Origin: a bacterium | GTDB taxonomy: Bacteria; UBA8248 | Length of the DNA: 64,000 nucleotides | Reading direction: 5' to 3' | Assembly (NCBI GenBank): GCA_965219955.1 | Contig: OZ244799.1 | Coordinates: 896,001-960,000 of the forward strand | Shown here: positions 10,535 to 22,672 of the stretch, in pieces | How positions within the stretch are numbered: the first letter of the stretch is position 1 | How the letters are laid out: each line of letters starts with the position of its first letter | The notes under the pieces: model-generated | The model's database searches: none | The model's input: the letters and a program-made list of their open reading frames with translations, nothing else | What the model was told of the DNA's origin: nothing | Made by a program: the position numbers and the translations under genes

Positions 10535-11260
10535 TTATAGGTTTGCTTGTGCGGTTTTTCCATTGTTGAATCGCTGGAAGATGGAAATTCCCAGGGCTAA
10601 ACGCATTGCAAGACGCTTGAGGAGGTGAGTCGCCATCCTTTCTTGGTATCGCTCGGGATCTCTTGAGCCCAAGATGAGAAAGCCGATGATTCCCTCATTA
10701 ATTTCCAGAGGAACAGTGGCGGTCGAATGAATATTTTCTCTCAACGTTTCTGGAAAGAGTGGGCCTCCGCTTCCTTCTAGTTTGCTTTTGAGCACAACGC
10801 CCCCTTCCATGGGAACGAGTTCTTCCTCAATTTTGGCAAGTGGACGAATGCGGGATGATTCCTCCGGATTAGCAGCAATCACCGGAATACCATCGATAGG
10901 TTCCAGAAGTAAGAAACCTGCGTATTCAATTCCAAAGCGTGATTCGATATTTTGGGCGATTCTTGTGAGGCTCGTTACCGAGGGCGCTTGTTCAAACAAA
11001 AGTTGTTCAATGGCCAAAAAGTCTTTTTCGATCTGCTCATTTTGGCGAACGAGTTCTATCGTTTCATCAAGGAGTCGTATCAGATCCTCTCTTTCGCCTT
11101 TTAAGCGGTCAAACAGTTTATCACGCAAGTTGAGGACTTTTGCTGAAGTGCTGTCTTGAGTCAGCAGACCGCTTTGGCGAAGCAAGTCTGGGTGTTCTAT
11201 GAAAAAACCGGGATTTTCTTCCAGGTAACATACGACATCATCCGCCGAAATCGGCGCCAT
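10535..11260 (-). CDS. DUF484 (YigA-like) GAF-fold protein
   Basis: VVCYLEENPGFFIEHP and LGSRDPERYQERMATHLL match the DUF484 pattern. Confidence 0.7.
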   Translation of the reverse strand: MAPISADDVVCYLEENPGFFIEHPDLLRQSGLLTQDSTSAKVLNLRDKLFDRLKGEREDLIRLLDETIELVRQNEQIEKDFLAIEQLLFEQAPSVTSLTRIAQNIESRFGIEYAGFLLLEPIDGIPVIAANPEESSRIRPLAKIEEELVPMEGGVVLKSKLEGSGGPLFPETLRENIHSTATVPLEINEGIIGFLILGSRDPERYQERMATHLLKRLAMRLALGISIFQRFNNGKTAQANL

Positions 11261-11438
11261 TTCGAATCTCCTTGAACGGCATATGAATAAACAAAGGGCG
11301 GGTGATGGGAAAAGCTTGGAATTATCAACAAGCTTACCACCCCAGTTGGGGATTGACAAAAACCTTAGAGCGAATAAAAACATCTAAACGATTGACGGTG
11401 GCTTCGATAACAAATTTTATCCAGATAGCGAGGAAATT

Positions 11439-12362
11439 ATGAAAACCTTAAAGCCAGGAAGCGTTACTATCGGTTTCGTCGGGATAGGAAAGATGGGAAA
11501 ACCCATGTCGAAAAATCTGAGGCATGGCGACTATACGGTGGTTGCTTATGACACGAGACCAGAAAATATGAAGGCTGTTGCGGCTGATGGCGTGCAAGAG
11601 GCTGAGAGCTTGAGCGATTTGGCGAGTCGCGCCGATGTTGTCATTACAATGTTACCTGATAGTGACGTCGTTGACGCAGTAGTGGATGGATCAGATGGAC
11701 TATCCTCACACCTGGATAAGGGGAAATTGATTATCGATATGAGTTCTTCCTACCCGATAAGGACTAGTATTCTCGCCTCGCGTGTGGAAGAAAAGGGATT
11801 GCACCTGATTGGAGCGCCGGTCTCGGGCGGCGTAGTTGGAGCGGAAGCCGCCACATTGGCGATCATGCCGGGTGGTCCCAAGGAGATTGTGGATGCGGCG
11901 ATGCCTATTTTTGAAACGTTGGGGAAAACGATTGTTCATATCGATGAAACACCGGAATCTGGACACGCAATGAAATGTGTAAATAATTTTCTCTCAGCCA
12001 CGAGCTTGCTCGCATCTATGGAGGCCATGGTTTTGGCATCGAAGCTGGGCCTGGACCCGGAAAGGGCGCTTCAGGTCTTCAATGGAGGCTCAGGCATGAA
12101 TAGCGCTACAAAAGACAAATGGCCTCGGTTTCTCCTGCCGCGGGACTTTACCTGTGGGTTCTCCACGGGGTTGATGCACAAAGATCTCTCGATGGGGAGC
12201 GATTTGGCACGCGAATACGGTGTGGCGGCGTTTTATTTGAATCAAGCTCGGCAGATGTATGGTCTGGGTGTGCAAAAATTTGGACCAGATTCAGATCAGA
12301 CGGAATTATTGCAAATGTTTGAGGAATGGTCTGGAAAAAAGGTGGGTGAACCACCTGCGTAG
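11439..12362 (+). CDS. 3-hydroxyisobutyrate/6-phosphogluconate dehydrogenase-like NAD(P)-dependent oxidoreductase
   Basis: GFVGIGKMGKPM, APVSGG, K..NN, KDL. Confidence 0.9.
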   Translation: MKTLKPGSVTIGFVGIGKMGKPMSKNLRHGDYTVVAYDTRPENMKAVAADGVQEAESLSDLASRADVVITMLPDSDVVDAVVDGSDGLSSHLDKGKLIIDMSSSYPIRTSILASRVEEKGLHLIGAPVSGGVVGAEAATLAIMPGGPKEIVDAAMPIFETLGKTIVHIDETPESGHAMKCVNNFLSATSLLASMEAMVLASKLGLDPERALQVFNGGSGMNSATKDKWPRFLLPRDFTCGFSTGLMHKDLSMGSDLAREYGVAAFYLNQARQMYGLGVQKFGPDSDQTELLQMFEEWSGKKVGEPPA

Positions 12363-12518
12363 CAGGGGACCGCTAACTAAGCGGATGGATCCCATAACAA
12401 AGTGTTTTTCCTCATAATGTTTTCAGTGTAAGCTGATGTTATGTATAGTATTGGTGTTTTCGAGAATGTCGATTTTCAAAGGGTTTTGATTATGTCTCGA
12501 AAATAGAATCGAGGAAAT

Positions 12519-12890
12519 ATGCATAAACCTTCGTTACAGCTTATTACGGGTTTTATTATTTTCCTCTTGCTTCTTCCGGGTGTGTCAGGATGTGGCAATA
12601 CCAGAAAGCAAATGGGGAAATGGTGGGAGAGGAATGTTGAGAATCCGATTAAAGGCTTCAAGAATCGACAACTAATCGTCACGTCGAATCCACCACAGGC
12701 AGATGTTTTCATCGATGATATTTACCAAGGAAAAACACCGCTGCGCCTGAAATTTAAAACCGGCATGAAAGATATTTTCAAGGGCTTTACCGTATCAGTG
12801 CAAAAGAAGGGATATTTGCCTGTCAGGCGTACCGTGTCGTATCGGGCCGAACGAGTGACGTTTAGCTTGATCAAGAAGAAAAGAAAATAA
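12519..12890 (+). CDS. PEGA-domain lipoprotein
   Basis: VSGC lipobox; VTSNPPQADVFIDD..GKTP..KKGY. Confidence 0.75.
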   Translation: MHKPSLQLITGFIIFLLLLPGVSGCGNTRKQMGKWWERNVENPIKGFKNRQLIVTSNPPQADVFIDDIYQGKTPLRLKFKTGMKDIFKGFTVSVQKKGYLPVRRTVSYRAERVTFSLIKKKRK

Positions 12891-13041
12891 GAGGAATGAA
12901 AAAGATAATCAGTTTGTTAAGACTTAGAATTGACTTTTAGCGGCTGGATTGATAGATATCCTCTTCGTTATGGCCGAAAGTTAGGGAAATGGTTGATTTT
13001 TAAGACCAAAGCATAATTTGGGCTTCAAGGAGATTTTTTGA

Positions 13042-13359
13042 ATGTATGCTGTAGTGGAAACCGGCGGCAAGCAGGTACGTATTGAAACGGGAGATCAAAT
13101 CTTGGTCGAGCGTTTGCCCGGTAATGTTGGAGAAAGCGTCGAGTTTGAGGATGTTCGACTTATCGTAGATGGAGAAGAAGTTGTTGCAGATAAAGAGGCG
13201 TTGAGCAAAGCTAAAGTAAAAGCGGTGATTCGTGACCACGGGCGTGGACAAAAAGTTGTAGCTTTTCGATTCAAACGCCGCAAAAAAGTTCGGACCAAAC
13301 GAGGGCACAGGCAGCCTTATACTCAAATAGAAGTGACAGACATCCTCGCTTCAGGATGA
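13042..13359 (+). CDS. rplU: 50S ribosomal protein L21
   Basis: MYAVVETGGKQ..GHRQPYT. Confidence 0.98.
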   Translation: MYAVVETGGKQVRIETGDQILVERLPGNVGESVEFEDVRLIVDGEEVVADKEALSKAKVKAVIRDHGRGQKVVAFRFKRRKKVRTKRGHRQPYTQIEVTDILASG

Positions 13360-13371
13360 AAGGAATAGAAT

Positions 13372-14697
<1,326 letters not shown>

Positions 14698-14698
<1 letters not shown>

Positions 14699-15849
14699 TG
14701 AGCGAGACGATGATCAGAAGAAATGATCCTGTACTCAAGAGTCGGCGCATTGTAGTCAAAGTGGGAAGCTCGGTTTTGACAGCATCTGATGAATTGGGCG
14801 TGAACCGTAGAGTTTTGGGACGCATCGCCTCCCAAGTGGCGAAACTCAGAGAAGAGGGTAGGCAAGTCGTTATGGTTTCATCTGGTGCCATTGCGGCTGG
14901 TGTGAAAAGGCTGGGTCTTAAAGGAATTCCTAAAGCAGTTCCTGAACGCCAAGCCGCCGCTGCAGTTGGCCAGCCCATCTTGATGGAAGCATATGGCCGT
15001 GCATTCAAACAGAGAGGCATCGAGACGGCACAGGTGTTGCTCATTCATTCAGATTTAGATGAGAGAAGCCGATTTCTGAACGCTTGTAATACTTTTCAAG
15101 CGTTGATTAACAAAGGTGTGCTCCCAATTGTGAACGAAAACGATACAGTTTCCATTGAGGAAATCCGTTTTGGGGACAACGACACATTGGCCGCCCAGAC
15201 AGCCCAAATAGTTCAGGCAGGTCTCGTCATTATCTTGTCAGATGTAGCGGGTTTGTATGATGAGGACCCTAGGCGATCAAAAATGGCGCGTTTGATTCCC
15301 CGTGTTGAGGGTCTGCCCAAGGAAATTACCTCAGTCGCAGGCACCAGTTCGAACCCACTTGCTCACGGGGGAATGCGTACGAAGGTTGAAGCCGTTAATA
15401 TCCTCAATAAAGTGGGTATTAGCACACTCATAGTGAAGGGGCGAGACCCCAACATTATCGAACGTGTCGTGATGGGTGAACCGTTAGGGACGCTTTTCGT
15501 GCCGAATGGTGCGCGCCTAAAGGGGAAAAAGGGCTGGATAGGAACCACGGCTAAAACCCGCGGGTGGCTTAAACTCGATAGCGGTGCCGTAAATGCCATG
15601 CTGAAGAGAGGAAAAAGTCTTTTGCCGAGTGGTGTATTATCCGTTGGAGGGAATTTTCGTTTTGGTGATGTAGTGGAGATACGTGATACTCAAGGAGTGG
15701 CATTTGGACGAGGACTAGCGAATTATTCGAGTGATGATGCTACTCGAATCGCAGGGAAACAAACCAAAGAAATCGCCTCTATTCTCGGAAGCAAGGATTA
15801 TGATGAGATCATTCACCGAAACAATTTCGTTTTGATTGAAGAAGAATAG
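14698..15849 (+). CDS. proB: Glutamate 5-kinase with PUA domain
   Basis: VVKVGSS, NENDTV, FGDND, GGM.TK, KSLLPSG. Confidence 0.96.
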
Positions 15850-16543
15850 TAATAGCCAAGGAGAGCGATTGCGCATCGGGATTCTAGGCGGGACATTTAA
15901 CCCGATTCACTATGGGCACCTCCGATCCGCCGAAGAAGTGTATAAAGAACTGATGCTTGATGAAATCAGGTTTGTTCCGTCTGCTTTGCCGCCTCATAAA
16001 CCGAAAGATGAAGTCGCCTCAGCGGATGACAGGCTGAAAATGGTTCGTATTGCTTTGGAGAATTATCCCGCATATGTATGTGATCCCGTTGAAGTAGAGC
16101 GGGGAGGGGCATCTTATACCCTTGATACTTTGAAGGAACTTACGAGAAAGATCCCTGACAAAAATGATATGTTCTTCATCATCGGTGCGGATGCGTTTCT
16201 TGAGTTGGGCACATGGCACAAGCCAAAAGAGGTTTTAAGCGCCACTAATTTTGCTGTTACTTTGCGAGGAAATCAAAATACTCCAGAGTATTTCGAAATG
16301 CTTCTCCGAGTGATTCAAGAAATTGAGCCAAGTTATTTCATCAACAGATTCTTAAAAGAAGTTAAATCTACTGATAAGAAGCGGGTGATAAAATTTATTC
16401 CGATCACTGAAGTTGACATTTCAGCAACCCGGATCAGGCAGCGCATAAAAGAGTCATCCTCCATACAGCATTTATTGCCACGCGAGGTCGAACTCTTTAT
16501 AATTCGCCGCCGATTATATGGGCATTCGGGAGTTGTTCGCTAG
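15836..16543 (+). CDS. nadD: Nicotinate-nucleotide adenylyltransferase
   Basis: GGTFNPIHYGH, PPHK, SYT, IGAD, ISAT.IR. Confidence 0.95.
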   Translation: MKKNSNSQGERLRIGILGGTFNPIHYGHLRSAEEVYKELMLDEIRFVPSALPPHKPKDEVASADDRLKMVRIALENYPAYVCDPVEVERGGASYTLDTLKELTRKIPDKNDMFFIIGADAFLELGTWHKPKEVLSATNFAVTLRGNQNTPEYFEMLLRVIQEIEPSYFINRFLKEVKSTDKKRVIKFIPITEVDISATRIRQRIKESSSIQHLLPREVELFIIRRRLYGHSGVVR

Positions 16544-16572
16544 AGGCTAAAGATTGAGGAGGATGGAGGCCT

Positions 16573-16929
16573 ATTAAGAAACTAGAGAATCGTCTTCATG
16601 CTCTCCAAGAGTCATTAGAAGCGAAGAAAGCCATGAAAGTAGTGCTTTTGGATCTTCGATCTCTATCCGTCGAGGTGGATGCATTTTTGATTTGCCATGG
16701 AACGAGCCTCCGACATGTGCAAGCGCTTTGTGAGGCGGCTAGGGAAAAACTCAAGAGAATTGGGGATACTGTATTATTGACAGAAGGGTTAACTGAAGGA
16801 AATTGGGTGTTGATGGATTGTGGTGATTTTCTTGTCCACATATTCAATGAAAAGAGCCGAGATTTTTACCGACTAGAAGATTTATGGTCGCACGCATCCG
16901 TCATCAAACCAATAGCACCTAGTGCTTAG
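16573..16929 (+). CDS. rsfS: Ribosome silencing factor RsfS; probable ATT start (first in-frame ATG is 16633)
   Basis: KKA..VVLLDL, W.L.D.GD..VHIF..R.FY.LE.LW; follows nadD. Confidence 0.9.
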   Translation: MKKLENRLHALQESLEAKKAMKVVLLDLRSLSVEVDAFLICHGTSLRHVQALCEAAREKLKRIGDTVLLTEGLTEGNWVLMDCGDFLVHIFNEKSRDFYRLEDLWSHASVIKPIAPSA

Positions 16930-16957
16930 ATCATCAGTATGAAAGTTGAGGTTCAGA

Positions 16958-17323
16958 GTGAAGCATTTGACTAAAAAACAGCTAAGAGATTTAGCAGAAA
17001 GATTGAATGCAGTGCGCCGCGAAATACTTGGGGATGTTGAGAAAAGTAAGATACACACCAAAGAAATCGGTGATGATGGGACTCAAGATATTGCGGACAT
17101 GGCTGCCGACACCTATTCTCGTCAGGTTTTAATGGATTTAGGAGAAAGGGAGCGGGAGCGTCTGCGGGAAGTGGAAGCAGCATTCCAGAGGATAGAAGAA
17201 GGACTTTATGGTATTTGTGAGGAGTCGGATGAGCCGATTCCCTATTCCCGCCTGGAAGCGATTCCCTATGCCCGTTATACAGTGGCGGCTCAAAATGCAA
17301 TTGAAAGGCGCGGCGGTAGTTAA
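16958..17323 (+). CDS. DksA/TraR family transcription regulator (single-Cys type)
   Basis: DIAD coiled-coil tip, RIEEG.YGICE..EPI..RLEAIP. Confidence 0.88.
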   Translation: MKHLTKKQLRDLAERLNAVRREILGDVEKSKIHTKEIGDDGTQDIADMAADTYSRQVLMDLGERERERLREVEAAFQRIEEGLYGICEESDEPIPYSRLEAIPYARYTVAAQNAIERRGGS

Positions 17324-17344
17324 ATACCGGGCTGTGAGTTGCGA

Positions 17345-18616
17345 ATGAAAATTCGGACTCTCTTAATCCTTGCAGCTCCAGTTGTGGCTGCTGTCTATTT
17401 TCTTCACTACAATCGAGAAATCATAGAACTGCGTCTCACGGATGCCTGGTCTGTGCGAGTACCATTAGCTCTAGTGGTTTTTGGAGCGGCTCTCATTGGT
17501 TCGTTTCTGGCCTCTGTTCTAGGGTGGGGGGAGGCTGCTCTTGGTTGGTTTTCGCGTCAGAAGATTGCAAAGAAACAAAAACGTTTACATCGTGCACAAG
17601 AACGATTTGTCAGAGCCCAAAGCTTTGGAATTCAAGGGAAAAGAAGGCGTGCCCGAAGAGAACTTAGGCGTGCCCTCAAGGATGATCCTTACTTTATACC
17701 CGCTTTGAGGCTAGCCGCAGATTTAGCTATAGATTCTGGCAATCCCAATGATGCTATTCAATGGAATGAGCGCCTTCGTGCTGTCACGAACAACTCACCT
17801 GATTCCATTATCCGTCTGTCGGAAACTTTAGATCAATCCGGTCAAGCGAAAGAGGCTCTTGAGTTACTTGCGCAAAACATTACAGGGAAAGGTGCGAGCC
17901 CTTTGTTGTTGCGAAAACTCAGGGATATGTATTTGGAGAATGGCCGCATCGAGGCTGCTGTCAATATTTGTGAGAAACTCTCACAATCGGGCGTGTCCGA
18001 TATGGATCGACAGGCGGATAACCAAATAGCTGGACGCGCGTATCTGTCTGTAGGAGAAGCTAAATTAAATAATTCTGACCCAGAAACGGCCATTACTTTT
18101 TTAGAACAAGCTCGGCGCCATCTAGCCAAGGAGAAAAAAGTACACCTTTTGTTGGGCGATGCACAATTGGCAGCAGGTCGTGAACGGCGAGCTCTACGTA
18201 CTTGGGAAAACGGCTATCAGGCTTTGGGTGGTTTGGAGTTTTTACAAAGGTTAGCGTTAGCTGTCGGACCCCTGGAGTCACAAAGCGCGATTAAAAAAGC
18301 CGCTGCAAATGTCCAATCTGCCGGAAAGCGCAGGGAGAAAGATATCCACCATCATGTGCTACACGCAGCGTTGATGCTCGAAGCAGGTCAAATCGAGAAA
18401 GTCGATAAAAGCTTGGAGCAGGTATCCGCCATGACCGTGTCAGCAGATGGTCAGGATTCTTGGGTACGTTTGGCACTGCATTTAATCGAGGCACGGTGTT
18501 TACAGGAAAAAGGAGAAAGGTTGGCCGCAGAGAATGAATTCAAGAAAACAGCGCAGGAGGCATCAAGGCTCCTAATGGGCAAGTCAATTTCTGGTACAGA
18601 ATTGAAACCATATTGA
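17345..18616 (+). CDS. Membrane-anchored TPR protein (LapA/LapB-like)
   Basis: Two N-terminal hydrophobic segments (N...I.L...W..PL pattern) followed by helical TPR-like repeats. Confidence 0.6.
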   Translation: MKIRTLLILAAPVVAAVYFLHYNREIIELRLTDAWSVRVPLALVVFGAALIGSFLASVLGWGEAALGWFSRQKIAKKQKRLHRAQERFVRAQSFGIQGKRRRARRELRRALKDDPYFIPALRLAADLAIDSGNPNDAIQWNERLRAVTNNSPDSIIRLSETLDQSGQAKEALELLAQNITGKGASPLLLRKLRDMYLENGRIEAAVNICEKLSQSGVSDMDRQADNQIAGRAYLSVGEAKLNNSDPETAITFLEQARRHLAKEKKVHLLLGDAQLAAGRERRALRTWENGYQALGGLEFLQRLALAVGPLESQSAIKKAAANVQSAGKRREKDIHHHVLHAALMLEAGQIEKVDKSLEQVSAMTVSADGQDSWVRLALHLIEARCLQEKGERLAAENEFKKTAQEASRLLMGKSISGTELKPY

Positions 18617-18747
18617 TGCCTTTTGTTGGATAAAAAATGTGTTTACACGAGCCAAATAGATTGGTGTCGTTTGCAATGGGTGCAATTTAGGTTCTCTTGC
18701 CACGTGATTTCAAAGACTTTGGGATCATAGGAGTGAATAGTGATTGC

Positions 18748-18776
18748 TTGACTTATGGTTTGCTACAGCCTAGGTT
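18748..18776 (+). promoter_or_regulatory. Putative sigma70 promoter of rpiB-nrdR
   Basis: TTGACT-17 nt-TAGGTT. Confidence 0.4.
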
Positions 18777-18821
18777 TTGAGTGGTTGTATCCCTCCAACA
18801 CACATCGCCCGGAGATTCCCG

Positions 18822-19280
18822 ATGAAGCGTATCGCTCTTGCCGCTGATCATGGAGGGTATGAACTCAAGGAAGCAGTCAAACAAATGCTTGATGATAGAG
18901 CGATTCCATATCTTGATTTCGGGACGAACTCGGATGAATCTTGTGATTACCCGGATTATGCCGAACTCGCCGCTCGTTCAGTGAGCGAAGGCAACTCCGA
19001 ACGGGGAATTTTCTGTTGTGGGTCGGCTGCGGGAATGGTCATCGTGGCGAATAAATTTCCGGGTGTTCGCGCCGTAGCCTGCCACAATGAGTGGGCCGCG
19101 CGAATGAGCCGCTTGCACAATGATGCCAATGTCTTGGCTCTAGGTGGTCGGGTGGTCAGCCTAGAAGAGGCAGAAAGAATTGTAGCCATTTGGTTGGAAA
19201 CAGAGTTTGAAGGCGGGCGTCATTCCCGCCGTTTGGATAAGATTTCTGATATTGAGGATGCGCTCCAGCCGACGTCCTGA
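18822..19280 (+). CDS. rpiB: Ribose-5-phosphate isomerase B
   Basis: ADHGG, DYPD, ANKFPGVRA, HNDANVL, FEGGRH.RR. Confidence 0.95.
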   Translation: MKRIALAADHGGYELKEAVKQMLDDRAIPYLDFGTNSDESCDYPDYAELAARSVSEGNSERGIFCCGSAAGMVIVANKFPGVRAVACHNEWAARMSRLHNDANVLALGGRVVSLEEAERIVAIWLETEFEGGRHSRRLDKISDIEDALQPTS

Positions 19281-19307
19281 TGATTCTACTGCACGGGCCG
19301 GATTCTT

Positions 19308-19772
19308 ATGAAATGTCCGATATGTAGTCACTCTGAGAGTAAAGTGGTCGACAGCCGAACGACCAAGGAAGGCAACTCAATTCGCAGAAGGCGTGAGTGC
19401 GAGGAATGCGCTCACCGTTTTACGACTTATGAGAGGGCGGAAGTCTCCTGGCCACTTATAATTAAGAAAGATGGCACACGTGTAAATTATCTTCGCGACA
19501 AAATAAGCATAGGGATCAAGAAGGCGCTGGAGAAAAGGCCTGTTTCTGCCGAGGATCAAGAAGCGATTGTCGACCGAATAGAACGATATATACTTGATAG
19601 TGGCGAGAAAGAGCTATCCACAGAGGCTATTGGGGAAAAGCTCATGGGAGAGTTGAGGGATGTAGATGAGGTAGCCTATGTGCGTTTCGCATCAGTCTAT
19701 CGTTCATTCAAAACCCTCAAAGATTTCGAAGCCGAGTTGGAAAAATTAGAAGAACGCACCAATATCGAATAA
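19308..19772 (+). CDS. nrdR: Transcriptional repressor NrdR
   Basis: MKCPIC, VVDSR, RRRREC, RFTTYE, ATP cone, YVRFASVY. Confidence 0.97.
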   Translation: MKCPICSHSESKVVDSRTTKEGNSIRRRRECEECAHRFTTYERAEVSWPLIIKKDGTRVNYLRDKISIGIKKALEKRPVSAEDQEAIVDRIERYILDSGEKELSTEAIGEKLMGELRDVDEVAYVRFASVYRSFKTLKDFEAELEKLEERTNIE

Positions 19773-19876
19773 AGAGTGATTCATATCGTTAATCTATTTT
19801 GGCCCAATTTACTGTAATCCTACCGGATAAATGCCCAATCATACTCCATTTAATGGATTCTAAATTTGAAGTAGCT

Positions 19877-21091
19877 TTATTCGCTGATGGTTTCACCCAC
19901 AGGGTCAGCACCCCGGTGGGAAGCTCCGGATGCCATTAAATTTTTGATTTCTTTATCTTGAAATCCATATTCTTTTAATATTTCAACGGAATGCTCCCCC
20001 AATCGGGGTGGAGGGAAAGAGTCCCGTATAGGCAAATCCGAAAATTTTGGCGCCGGCCTCGTGCCGGGATAAGTCCCTTTGACGGGATGTTGGTATTCTC
20101 TTACGAACCCACCCGATTGAACCTGTGTGTGTCCGAAACTTTCGAGCATGTTAAGCGCCGGGCTCACACATACATCCGCACCATCAAAAAAAGTGGTCCA
20201 CTCATCGAGAGTTTTTGTTCGGAAAGTATTATTGAGTGCTTGAATCACCTCTATGCGGCGCTCACCGCTAGCGCTATAGTCATCGTGAAAATCATCATGC
20301 CCGATCAATTTGCATAAATTTATCCAAAATTTCGGCTCCGAGCATGCGACAGAAAGCATCCGGCCGTCTTTGGTAGGATAGAGGCGGTAACATGGTCTTC
20401 GGCCATTGTGTCGCATTTCTTCACGCCCTGGGCATTGCTCTGTCGAAAGATATGTTTGGCCGTGGATGGATAAAAAACTCATCACAGCATCGAGCATGGA
20501 CATGTCGATAAATTGTCCAACGCCTGTTCGGTCGGTAAGGCGTAAAGCCGCGAGTATTGCGAAAGCCGCCCACATTCCGGCACCCACATCCCCGATGAGC
20601 ACCCCGGGCACATACGGTGGGCCTCCTGCGGCTCCAGTAAGTTCTACGACACCACCTAGAGCCTGGAAGTTCAAATCATGTCCCGGAATTCGAGCCAGAG
20701 GGCCATCTTGTCCATATCCGGTGATAGAGCAATGGACAAGGGCTGGGTTCTCTTTTTTGAGTCTTTGATAGCCAATGCCCAGGCGCTCCATCACCCCCGG
20801 TCTGAAGCTATCGACGAGTACGTCTGTATCTTTCACCAGCTTGAGGAATGTGGATATACCGCTTTCATTCTTAAGATCTAATGCTAAGGAGCGTTTATTG
20901 CGGTTATAGCAAAGGTGAAGTGGGGATACGCCATGTTCATCAAAAGGGGATGCGAGGCGGATATAGTCGCCGCGCAGCGGTTCTTCTATCTTGATCACAT
21001 CCGCTCCCATATCGGCGAGCATCAAAGTGCATTGCCCGCCGGGAAGCAGGCGGCTCAAGTCTAATACACGTACACCAGTCAGTGGCATCAC
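19877..21091 (-). CDS. CaiB/BaiF family III CoA-transferase
   Basis: GVRVLDLSRLLPG, NRNKRS, GYGQDGP, GHD, PP.LGEHS. Confidence 0.92.
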   Translation of the reverse strand: MMPLTGVRVLDLSRLLPGGQCTLMLADMGADVIKIEEPLRGDYIRLASPFDEHGVSPLHLCYNRNKRSLALDLKNESGISTFLKLVKDTDVLVDSFRPGVMERLGIGYQRLKKENPALVHCSITGYGQDGPLARIPGHDLNFQALGGVVELTGAAGGPPYVPGVLIGDVGAGMWAAFAILAALRLTDRTGVGQFIDMSMLDAVMSFLSIHGQTYLSTEQCPGREEMRHNGRRPCYRLYPTKDGRMLSVACSEPKFWINLCKLIGHDDFHDDYSASGERRIEVIQALNNTFRTKTLDEWTTFFDGADVCVSPALNMLESFGHTQVQSGGFVREYQHPVKGTYPGTRPAPKFSDLPIRDSFPPPRLGEHSVEILKEYGFQDKEIKNLMASGASHRGADPVGETISE

Positions 21092-21257
21092 TTAACATTC
21101 CTTCTTGAAATTTGTAGACAAGCAGAGTTTCTATTGCGATATCATTCGACGTTTCAAAGATCAATGAAATGAGGGTGTATAAGTTGCTTCTCGCCTTTTA
21201 TCCTTCGCTTAAGATGGGCTACCCTAGGCGACCTTAAAGGAGCGGGTATGGAAGTAG

Positions 21258-22571
<1,314 letters not shown>

Positions 22572-22672
22572 TAGCGTACCGTATGTCATTCCGACAATAT
22601 TGATTATTTTGGAAATGAGAGGATGTCGCATTTTCGAATCGAGCGCCGTTTCCAAATTGAATCGATGAGGAT

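Noticed and set aside
12421-12449. dif site candidate (TTATGTATAGT arm)
   Set aside because: Only the XerD-like arm matches; the XerC arm and spacing do not fit
18614-18710. Selenocysteine read-through or decayed rubredoxin tail after the TPR gene (TGA-TGC; CNGC in another frame)
   Set aside because: No coherent frame and no SECIS-like hairpin seen
19807-19834. dif site candidate between convergent genes
   Set aside because: ATTTACTGTAA is a partial XerD arm with no XerC arm
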